From a virus, in IMG/VR virus record IMGVR_UViG_3300026549_000015: a stretch of 38,495 nucleotides of DNA. One strand, 5' to 3'. A program made the translations under genes and the position numbers. Numbering within the stretch: position 1 is the first letter of the stretch; each line of letters opens with the position of its first letter. The notes below the pieces were generated by a model. It was not told the DNA's origin, ran no database searches, and worked only from the letters and a program-made list of their open reading frames with translations. Below are positions 7,590-15,242 of this stretch, one piece after another.

Positions 7590-8528
7590 ATGAGAATCAG
7601 AATGAATCTGCAGCTTTTTGCAGGTCTGCAGCTTTTTGCAGGCGAGAACAACAACCAGAACGTCAGATCCTACACGAAGGACTTCAAGGAGCTTCTGACG
7701 GCAGTATTTGAGAAGGAGTCTTATTTCAGTGACTTCTTCAACGGAATCGAAGCGCTTGATGGCATCCAGCACAATGCGGTTGCTTTCTCCGTGAAGACCT
7801 CCGATATCCCGGTTGCAGTCGGAACAGCATACAGCACTGACGCCAATACCGCATTCGGCACCGGCACTGGTGCATCCTCCAGATTTGGCAATCGTACTGA
7901 GATCGTTTACACCGACACGGACGTTCCGTACAGCTGGGAGTATGTCTTCCATGAGGGCATCGACCGTCATACGGTCAACAACGACTTCAATGCAGCTGTT
8001 GCCGACAGGCTTGAACTGCAGGCGAATGCAAGGGTAGAGCAGTTCAATACACATCACAGCAAGTTCATCTCTGAGTCTGCGGGCAAGATCATTTCCGGCG
8101 GCGCGAAGGTAACGAAGGACAACGTAGCTGACCTGTTTAACGAGCTCTCCAAGTATTTCATCAATGCGAAGGTCCGCAAAGGCCTGACCAAGGTCGCAAA
8201 GGTGACTCCGGATGTTTACAACGCGATCATCGACTGCGGTCTTGCTACTACTTCCAAGAGTTCCGCAGCAAATGTTGATGCTAATACGATCACGACATTC
8301 AAGGGCTTCCAGATCGAGGAGATCCCGGAGACCGAGTTCCAGAAGAATGAAGTGGTTTACGCATATGTCACCGGCATCGGCAAGGCCTTTACCGGAATCG
8401 AGACTGCCAGAACGATTGAGTCTGAGGACTTTGACGGTGTTGCTCTGCAGGGCGCTGGCAAAGCTGGTGAGTATATTCTTCCGGCCAATAAGGCGGCTGT
8501 GGCAAAGGTAACTGTAACGGGAGCGTAA
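7590..8528 (+). CDS. Major capsid protein with a duplicated L27-like leader
   Basis: 312 aa, RBS GAGGTGA, positioned after the scaffold gene. The N-terminus is 'MRIRMNLQLFAGLQLFAGENNN'. Confidence 0.8.
   Translation: MRIRMNLQLFAGLQLFAGENNNQNVRSYTKDFKELLTAVFEKESYFSDFFNGIEALDGIQHNAVAFSVKTSDIPVAVGTAYSTDANTAFGTGTGASSRFGNRTEIVYTDTDVPYSWEYVFHEGIDRHTVNNDFNAAVADRLELQANARVEQFNTHHSKFISESAGKIISGGAKVTKDNVADLFNELSKYFINAKVRKGLTKVAKVTPDVYNAIIDCGLATTSKSSAANVDANTITTFKGFQIEEIPETEFQKNEVVYAYVTGIGKAFTGIETARTIESEDFDGVALQGAGKAGEYILPANKAAVAKVTVTGA
7608..7643 (+). repeat. 18-bp tandem duplication (ctgcagctttttgcaggt / ctgcagctttttgcaggc) encoding LQLFAG twice
   Basis: Read directly from the sequence; 17 of 18 bases are identical. 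Confidence 0.95.
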
Positions 8529-8540
8529 GGAGAATAACGG

Positions 8541-8738
8541 ATGTACAAGGTCATCAAAGCATTTCATGATCTGCAGGATCCTGAGAAGGATGGGTATCAC
8601 TTCTACAATACAGGAGATACTTATCCGAGAACCGGAATGAAGCCGACGGCAGAAAGAGTTGGTGAGCTTTCCGGAGCAGACAATGCTCAGAAGGAACCTC
8701 TGATCAAAGAAGTAAAGGCGGCCCGGAAGACGAAATAA
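8541..8738 (+). CDS. Small conserved head-module protein, function unknown
   Basis: 65 aa, RBS AAGGAGA, lies between the capsid and connector genes. Confidence 0.6.
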   Translation: MYKVIKAFHDLQDPEKDGYHFYNTGDTYPRTGMKPTAERVGELSGADNAQKEPLIKEVKAARKTK

Positions 8739-8747
8739 GGTGGTTAT

Positions 8748-9068
8748 ATGCTAGAGAAGTTAAAGCTGTATCTTGGTATCACAGACAGCGGCAGAGATGA
8801 TCTCCTGAATCTGATTATAAGCGGCACACAGTCCCGCCTAAAGGTGCTTCTCGGCGGAACTGATGAAGTGCCTGATGCCCTGGAGTATATCATTATTGAC
8901 GTCGCAGCGGTCAGATACAACCGGATCGGATCAGAGGGACTATCCAGCCATACTGTAGAAGGTGAGACGATGTCGTGGAGCGAGAACGACTTTGAGCCAT
9001 TCATGGACGATATCAATGCTTACCTTGAATCTCAGCATGAATCGAGAGGAGTGATCCGGTTCTTATGA
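8748..9068 (+). CDS. Head-tail connector protein (gp6-like)
   Basis: 'LEKLKLYLGITDSGRDDLLNLIISGTQSRLKVLLG' is typical of the gp6-like connector family. Position agrees. Confidence 0.7.
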   Translation: MLEKLKLYLGITDSGRDDLLNLIISGTQSRLKVLLGGTDEVPDALEYIIIDVAAVRYNRIGSEGLSSHTVEGETMSWSENDFEPFMDDINAYLESQHESRGVIRFL

Positions 9069-9367
9069 GATACGATCACTATGTTTATTTCTGCACGGAT
9101 GGAAAGAGTGAATATGACCCAGATACCGGAGATTATACAAATACTGAGCCAGTCAAAGTCAAGAGGCCAGCATCCATTTCTCCGACGTCAGACGAGAAGA
9201 TCCAGATCATATATGGCCAGATGGTGCAGGGCAGTCTCACTGTGCAGCTGCAGAATCAGTACAATGATCCGTTTGACTACATCCTGATCGATGGGAAGAA
9301 GTACCACGTTGACAGACGGAAGAAGCTCCGCGTGAAGGACGTATTCGTAGCTTCGGAGGTAATGTGA
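9065..9367 (+). CDS. Head closure / head-tail adaptor protein
   Basis: 100 aa, ATGA overlap with the upstream gene. Position and size fit an SPP1 gp16-like head completion protein. Confidence 0.55.
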   Translation: MRYDHYVYFCTDGKSEYDPDTGDYTNTEPVKVKRPASISPTSDEKIQIIYGQMVQGSLTVQLQNQYNDPFDYILIDGKKYHVDRRKKLRVKDVFVASEVM

Positions 9368-9727
9368 ATGAGCACGGTAAAGATCAAGCTCGAGGGCGAT
9401 AAGGAGTTGAAGCGGATGCTTCGCAAGTGCCAGAACAAGGGTAAGATCCAGGCTTGCGTGAAGCGATCCGGCGCCACATTGCAGCGGACTGCCATGCAGA
9501 AAGCACCGGTAGATACAGGCACTCTGAAGCGCAGTATCACTCTGCAGCTGACCGATGGAGGCATGACCGCAGAGGTGCAGCCAACGGTCCACTATGGGGC
9601 TTATGTAGAGCTTGGAACGCGCTATATGAGCGCAAGGCCGTATCTGCGACCGGCACTTGAGACAGCAGGCGCAGAGTTGAAGGCCAACATCACACGAGTA
9701 GTGCAGTCAGAGACAGGAGGAAAATAA
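9368..9727 (+). CDS. HK97 gp10-family neck / tail-completion protein
   Basis: 'QKAPVDTGTLKRSITLQ...VHYGAYVELGTRYMSARPYLRPALE' matches the HK97 gp10 family signature. Confidence 0.8.
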   Translation: MSTVKIKLEGDKELKRMLRKCQNKGKIQACVKRSGATLQRTAMQKAPVDTGTLKRSITLQLTDGGMTAEVQPTVHYGAYVELGTRYMSARPYLRPALETAGAELKANITRVVQSETGGK

Positions 9728-10131
9728 TGAAGAATCCACAGCAGGACATTTTCTCCGCTTTTCTGGTCGCACTTCGTGCGGAATTCGGTGCTGATCGCGT
9801 TTTTGATGGATTTTTGCCGCCTGATGGCACACCGTATCCTTTCGTCTATCTTGGAACCAGCCAGCAGATAGACGACTATGGAAACAAGATGCAGATCCTC
9901 GGTTCCGTCCGGCAGACAGTGGACGTATATACGGATGATCCGAAAAAGCGCGGCACCTTTTCTGACTGGATGGTTCGTGCAATAGAGACAGCGCACAGGA
10001 CCACGGAGTCGAATTCTTACCGCTGGGCAGTCATTGAGACTGATCAGCAGGTTATTCCTGATAACACGACGAATACGCCACTTATGCACGGCGTAATTGA
10101 CATTACATTTCAGCTCTTAGGAGGAAAATAA
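9727..10131 (+). CDS. Tail terminator / tail completion protein (DUF3168-like)
   Basis: 134 aa, positioned between the gp10-like and tail tube genes. N-terminus 'IFSAFLVALRAEFGADRVFDGFLPPDGTPYPFVYLG'. Confidence 0.55.
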   Translation: MKNPQQDIFSAFLVALRAEFGADRVFDGFLPPDGTPYPFVYLGTSQQIDDYGNKMQILGSVRQTVDVYTDDPKKRGTFSDWMVRAIETAHRTTESNSYRWAVIETDQQVIPDNTTNTPLMHGVIDITFQLLGGK

Positions 10132-10132
10132 C

Positions 10133-10675
10133 ATGATGAAATTGAATCTTCAGCTCTTTGCTGAGACAGTGCCTGGCAAGAAGATAATCTACAAGTTCAG
10201 ACTGCTTGAAGATGCGGAAAAAGAAGCTGCGTGGACTATCGCATTCTCGGAAGAGAACGAAAATGATATCTCTGTGGATGCGGATTCTACAGCAACCAAG
10301 GACGGATCTGTAAGGACTCCGTCTGTGCCGGAGATTGAAATCACGGCGACTGCACTGCTTGCGAAGGGCGACGATAAGATCACCAAGATTAAGAACGCAA
10401 TGCTGAAGAACAAGCTGTTCGAGATCTGGGAGATCAACCTGGAAGAACAGGCAAAGACTGCTGGTAAGTACAAGGGCACCTACTATCAGGGTTACTGCAC
10501 TAAATGGGACCTCTCATCTAGCGCAGAGGATATCGCGGAGGCAGAGCTGACCTTTGGCGTCAACGGAATCGGTGCAGATGGTGAGTGTACCGTCACAGAC
10601 GATGAAGTCGAAGAAGCATCTTATGTATTCACGGATACAGTCAAAAAGGAACCTGATAACAAGACCGGCAATTAA
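10133..10675 (+). CDS. Major tail (tube) protein, phi13-like, with an L27-like leader
   Basis: 180 aa, immediately upstream of the G/GT chaperone genes. N-terminus 'MMKLNLQLFAETVPGKK'. Confidence 0.75.
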   Translation: MMKLNLQLFAETVPGKKIIYKFRLLEDAEKEAAWTIAFSEENENDISVDADSTATKDGSVRTPSVPEIEITATALLAKGDDKITKIKNAMLKNKLFEIWEINLEEQAKTAGKYKGTYYQGYCTKWDLSSSAEDIAEAELTFGVNGIGADGECTVTDDEVEEASYVFTDTVKKEPDNKTGN

Positions 10676-10708
10676 GCCGGTCATTTCCAATAAGGATAGG
10701 AGTTATAA

Positions 10709-11077
10709 ATGTTTGAACTTGAGATTAACGGCGAAGTATATCAGTTTAATTTTGGATTTGGTTTTCTGCGAGAAATCAATAAAACACAGAAGACAACATC
10801 CAACGGTCTGACAAAAGAAGTTGGTTTTCAGATGAAGGTGGCCGGCCTGGTTGACGGTGATGTACTGGATCTTCTTGATGTGCTCTTTGTTGCCAACGAA
10901 AGGCAGACACCGCGCATCACGAAAAAAGCTCTGGAAGCTTACATTGAAGATCCGAAAACCGACATTGATTCCCTCTTTACGCAGGTGCTGGATTTTTTAA
11001 AGACGAACAATGTTACAAAGAAACTGGCGCTGAAAGCAATCGAACTGCTGGAGGAACAGGAGAAGAAGAACAGCTGA
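10709..11077 (+). CDS. Tail assembly chaperone (gpG-like)
   Basis: 'MFELEINGEVYQFNFGFGFLREINK'. Position is between the tube and tape measure genes. Confidence 0.8.
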   Translation: MFELEINGEVYQFNFGFGFLREINKTQKTTSNGLTKEVGFQMKVAGLVDGDVLDLLDVLFVANERQTPRITKKALEAYIEDPKTDIDSLFTQVLDFLKTNNVTKKLALKAIELLEEQEKKNS

Positions 11078-11418
11078 CCATCGATCAGCTTTATCATGAC
11101 GCGGCGGTAACATGTTTTCGGTATTTTGGTTTTACGTCCTTTGACCAGTTTGAAAAGCTGACTATCCGGCAGTATCTGATTATGATTGATGCGCTAAAGC
11201 TAAAAGACGTTGATATGGATTACCGAAATAATTTACAGGCTTACCTTAATATGAAGGCTCAAGCTACAAAGAAAAACGGTAAACCCGTCTATGATAAATT
11301 TGAGAAGTTTTATGATTATGAAAGCGAGATCCGCAAAGCGAAGGGCGTACCTGTCAAGAAGCGATTCAGCGGTCTCGCTAAATTTTTGCAGAAAAAAGCA
11401 AAGAAGGGAGAGAACTGA
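10709..11418 (+). CDS. Tail assembly chaperone frameshift product (gpGT-like): 10709-10999 joined to 10999-11418 by a -1 slip
   Basis: The -1 frame is open from 10948 to 11418. It encodes 'EQLTIDQLYHDAAVTCFRYFGFTSFDQFEKLTIRQYLIM...', and no plausible independent start covers 11078-11181. Confidence 0.7.
10993..10999 (+). promoter_or_regulatory. Candidate -1 programmed ribosomal frameshift heptamer T_TTT_TTA
   Basis: An X_XXY_YYZ heptamer in the gpG zero frame (GAT TTT TTA AAG), inside the G/-1 frame overlap window. Confidence 0.65.
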
Positions 11419-14400
11419 TGGCAAACTTTTCAGTGAAAGCAATTCTGTCTGCTGAAGCATCCGGCTTTTTGAGCGGAATGTCAAAAGCAGAAAATGCTCT
11501 CTCCAAATTCAGCAATAAAGTCAGTGGGTTCGCGTCGGATATTAAAAGCGGTATCCTGCAGGGTGTCGGCCAGCAGCTGACAAATCTGGCTACTGATGGA
11601 CTGCACAGCATAGTAGATGGGCTGGAGGAATCTTCAGCGGCGTGGAAAACCTTCCAGGGGAATATGGAAAATTTTGGCAAAAATACACACGAGATTGATT
11701 CTGCCAAAAAGGAAATGAAAGATTTCGCGACGGCATCCATTTACTCTGCCTCAGATATGGCATCGACGTATTCACAGCTGGCTGCAGTCGGCATTGATAA
11801 CTGCGGCGAACTGGTAAAGGGCTTCGGCGGTCTGGCTGCAGCGGCATCTGATCCGACGCAGGCTATGAAGACACTGTCACAGCAGGCTACACAGATGGCG
11901 GCTAAGCCAAAGGTCGCATGGCAGGACTTTAAGCTGATGCTCGAACAGACACCTGCCGGTATGGCAGCAGTTGCAAAAGAACTCGGCAAGGAGGGTAAGA
12001 TTGCTGGTGAAACGACATCTGACCTGATCACAGCCGTGCAGGACGGCACTCTGGCAACTAATGATTTTTTTGATGCGATCGAGAAGGTAGCCGGTACAGG
12101 CACGAAATTCAACAAGATGGCCACGCAGTATAAAACGGTAGGTCAGGCGATGGATGGCCTTGCGGAGACAGTCACAGGTGTATTGCAGCCGTCTTTTGAT
12201 AAGCTGAGTCAGCACGGCATAGACGCTCTGACTCAGCTTAATGACGCGATCGGATCCATTGATGGAGACGCACTGGCGGACAGACTGGATTCAGCACTGC
12301 AGCCGTTTCTGAGCCTTGCGGATGACATTGGATCAAGATTTAAATTCGCTTTTAAGAGTGTTGGATCATCCCTTAAAGACGCGTTCAGCGATACATCTAC
12401 CGCGCAGAATTTCAGCGATATGATGGAAAGCATCCATAATGCTTTCGGATCTGTAGCAGATTTCATCTGTATTCATGCAGATGATATTGCCAGCGCAATT
12501 CAGGCGATGGCTGATATCATAGCAGATGCCGTTACTTTCGTCTGTGACAATTTCAGCAACATTGTGGATGGCATCGGGCAGTACATCGATGTGGTCATGG
12601 ATGTTCTTGGACCGGTCGCGAGTCAGTTCCGAGATGCATTCAAAGCGATTGGCGATGCGATTACGGATAATACAGGCAAGTTTGCGGCAGCCAGCGGACC
12701 GGTGAACATATTCCGGAAGGTATGTGAAAAGCTTTCCGGGCCTCTTTCTGAGGTGGCTGGATTTTTAAAAGATAACGCTGACAAGATCGCGGATCTCCTC
12801 ACTAATGTTCCCTTGCTGATCGGAGCCTTCGCGGGTTTTAAAATCCTGTCTATGGTGACCGGCAATCTTAACAAGAGCAGCGGTGCGGCAAGCGGGGCAA
12901 ATCAGTCGTTCCTTAATTTTGGCAAGGCAATCGCACTCTGTGGCGCAGGCTTTCTGATGATGGCAGCGGCAGCGACACTGCTGGCGAACGCAGGAGCTCC
13001 GGCTATAGCAATGTTCGTTGTTATGCTCGGCAGCATATTCGCTTTGGTTGCCGTCGTATCTGTATTCAGTGAGCAGCTGCAGAAAGCAGCTCCCGGGCTT
13101 ACGGCTCTGGGTACAGCTGTACTTCTCTGCGCAGCTGGCTTCGCAATTATGTCAGCCGCTGCAATCGCACTGTCTACGGCTGGTACTGGCGCTATCGTTG
13201 TATTCAGCATTATGCTGGGCGCTATGATCGCACTGGTTGCTGTAGTAGGCACCTTCGGCAGCCAGCTCAGCGCAGCTGCTGCAGGGCTTATCGCTCTTGG
13301 CGCGGCTGTTCTGCTGTGCGGAGTAGGCTTCCAGATCATGGCTAATGCGGCTATCTCGCTGACATCAGCAGGCGGTGCTGCAATTGCCGTCTTCTTCGGC
13401 ATGATCGGTGCTATCGGTGCACTTGTGGCTATCATCGCGACATTCAGCACCGGCCTCTTGATAGCGGGCGCCGGTATAGCGATCGCATGTGCAGGCATCG
13501 CGTTGATGGCATCACAGTCAGCAGGATTGACAGCAATCATCGGGGCAGTATCTGACGCGATTACGGCATTCGGTGATACCGTTTCACAGGTCCTTACATC
13601 AGTCGGCAGTCTGTTCACAGATATCGGGAGTGCAATCCAGAGCGTCTGCGAAGGCATTGCGGATGTGATCAATTCAATTGGCGATGCGGTATCAGGTGTG
13701 CTTGATTCTCTGGCCGGTGTATTTGACTCAATTGGCACAGCCGCTCTTAATGCAGGCAAAGGCATCGAAAAAACAGCGGACGGCATCGCCAAACTGGTAG
13801 GGCTTAGCATTGTTGATCTGGCAGCAACGCTTACGGCAGTCGCCAATGGCATCGGAGACATATCCGATAATGCAGATGGTATGGACAGCGTGGCAAGCGG
13901 TATGACCGCGATTTCTACAGCGGCCATAAGCGCGAAGGCAGCAGTTATGGCCATTTCAGCGGCGCTTACATCCATATCAGCGGGCCTTGGGTCACTCGGA
14001 TCTGCAGGTACGGCAGCCTTTACACTGCTGTCAGCCGGTGCACAGACATCTGCGGCGACTGTAACAACAGCCATGACGGCCATGACTGTATCTGTAACAG
14101 CAGCTATGACCGCACTTGGACCTGCGGCAACATCGGCGGTTACGTCTGTAACCAGCGCCTTCATGATGCTTGGCACAGTAACGGCAATGGTCAGCACAGC
14201 AATGAATACCGTCCGGACATCAGCTGCTGCCGGTCAGGCAGCCATGATGATACTCGGTATTGCGATAACAGCAGCCGTATCACAGATGACAATATTGAGC
14301 TCAATCGGTACAATGGCAGGACAGTCCATGATATCACTGGCTAATGGCGCACAGACTGCAGCAACCGGCGTAAGTTCAATTGTCATGTCTGCTCAGGCGG

Positions 14401-15242
14401 CGACATCTGCGATGGCGGCCCTGGGATCAGCGTCTACATCGGCTATGGTCGAAGTAAGTACAGCATTTGAACGCGGCGGATCCGTATCCGCATCAACTAT
14501 GAGCTCAGCGATGAGCGAAATCAGAAGCGATGTGCAGTCATGTGCTTCTTCTGTATCGTCTTCCGCAAGCAATATGATGTCTTCTTTTGGACAGGCTATT
14601 TCGAGAGGATCCAGTAAGGCAGTAAGTACGATGACAACAGCAATGAACAGAATTATTACCGTGACCACAAGCGGAGCGGCAAAGGCTGCTGTATCAGGAC
14701 GTGCAATCGGCACAGGATTTGCTAATGGTGTCGGAACTGCAAAACGGGCAGTGGGCATAGCCCAAAGTGCCGTAGGGAGTACGATTTCTGCTCTGAGCGG
14801 AGGATCTTCGAGAGCATACTGGGCTGGTCAGATGATCGGCAGTGGCTTTGCTAACGGCATGTCATCAACGCTTGGGCAGATCAGGAGTATTGCTGCTCAG
14901 ATGGCATCTGCTGCTAATGCAGCTATTGCAGCCAAGGCCAAAATTGGATCACCATCAAGGGTGGCTGATAAACTTGGTTCCTGGTACGGTGAAGGATGGT
15001 ATAACGGCATTTCCGGATGGACTAAGAAATCATGGCAGGCAGCGGAAGGACTGATTGCTCCTAATAAAAAAATGCAGCCAAGCCTTTCTGATGCTTATGA
15101 ATATGGATATGGTAATGCTGCAGTTATTGAAGTTCCGCTTTATATCAATGGCCGCGAATTTGCCAGAGCTACCAGTGATGATTACGCGGCAGTACAGAAT
15201 ATGCGGCAGATAAGGAATAACAGAAAGGTCGGAATCAAATAA
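11418..15242 (+). CDS. Tape measure protein
   Basis: 1274 aa, the largest gene, placed after G/GT. Ala/Ser/Thr/Met-rich helical sequence with a central hydrophobic repeat block and the C-terminal 'KIGSPSRVADKLGSWYGEGWYNGISGW'. Confidence 0.9.
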   Translation: MANFSVKAILSAEASGFLSGMSKAENALSKFSNKVSGFASDIKSGILQGVGQQLTNLATDGLHSIVDGLEESSAAWKTFQGNMENFGKNTHEIDSAKKEMKDFATASIYSASDMASTYSQLAAVGIDNCGELVKGFGGLAAAASDPTQAMKTLSQQATQMAAKPKVAWQDFKLMLEQTPAGMAAVAKELGKEGKIAGETTSDLITAVQDGTLATNDFFDAIEKVAGTGTKFNKMATQYKTVGQAMDGLAETVTGVLQPSFDKLSQHGIDALTQLNDAIGSIDGDALADRLDSALQPFLSLADDIGSRFKFAFKSVGSSLKDAFSDTSTAQNFSDMMESIHNAFGSVADFICIHADDIASAIQAMADIIADAVTFVCDNFSNIVDGIGQYIDVVMDVLGPVASQFRDAFKAIGDAITDNTGKFAAASGPVNIFRKVCEKLSGPLSEVAGFLKDNADKIADLLTNVPLLIGAFAGFKILSMVTGNLNKSSGAASGANQSFLNFGKAIALCGAGFLMMAAAATLLANAGAPAIAMFVVMLGSIFALVAVVSVFSEQLQKAAPGLTALGTAVLLCAAGFAIMSAAAIALSTAGTGAIVVFSIMLGAMIALVAVVGTFGSQLSAAAAGLIALGAAVLLCGVGFQIMANAAISLTSAGGAAIAVFFGMIGAIGALVAIIATFSTGLLIAGAGIAIACAGIALMASQSAGLTAIIGAVSDAITAFGDTVSQVLTSVGSLFTDIGSAIQSVCEGIADVINSIGDAVSGVLDSLAGVFDSIGTAALNAGKGIEKTADGIAKLVGLSIVDLAATLTAVANGIGDISDNADGMDSVASGMTAISTAAISAKAAVMAISAALTSISAGLGSLGSAGTAAFTLLSAGAQTSAATVTTAMTAMTVSVTAAMTALGPAATSAVTSVTSAFMMLGTVTAMVSTAMNTVRTSAAAGQAAMMILGIAITAAVSQMTILSSIGTMAGQSMISLANGAQTAATGVSSIVMSAQAATSAMAALGSASTSAMVEVSTAFERGGSVSASTMSSAMSEIRSDVQSCASSVSSSASNMMSSFGQAISRGSSKAVSTMTTAMNRIITVTTSGAAKAAVSGRAIGTGFANGVGTAKRAVGIAQSAVGSTISALSGGSSRAYWAGQMIGSGFANGMSSTLGQIRSIAAQMASAANAAIAAKAKIGSPSRVADKLGSWYGEGWYNGISGWTKKSWQAAEGLIAPNKKMQPSLSDAYEYGYGNAAVIEVPLYINGREFARATSDDYAAVQNMRQIRNNRKVGIK
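12915..13481 (+). repeat. Three tandem 189-nt (63-aa) hydrophobic repeats inside the tape measure gene
   Basis: Units start at 12915, 13104 and 13293. They align as (N/A)(F/L)G.A(I/V)(A/L)LC..GF..M..AA..L..AG..AI..F..M.G....ALVA....F. Confidence 0.8.

Noticed and set aside
7521-8600. 359-aa - strand ORF overlapping the capsid gene, plus similar long - strand ORFs at 1852-2406, 2461-3204, 2901-3683, 3684-4514, 4574-5179 and 28824-29357
   Set aside because: All are nested antisense to genes with clear family signatures. They have Cys/Arg/Leu-rich shadow-frame composition and no recognisable motifs.
12902-14197. 431-aa ORF on the - strand inside the tape measure gene
   Set aside because: It is an antisense shadow of the Ala/Gly-rich (GCN/GGN) repeat region. 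It has no RBS or start context, its sequence is low complexity, and it is fully nested in a confident + strand gene.
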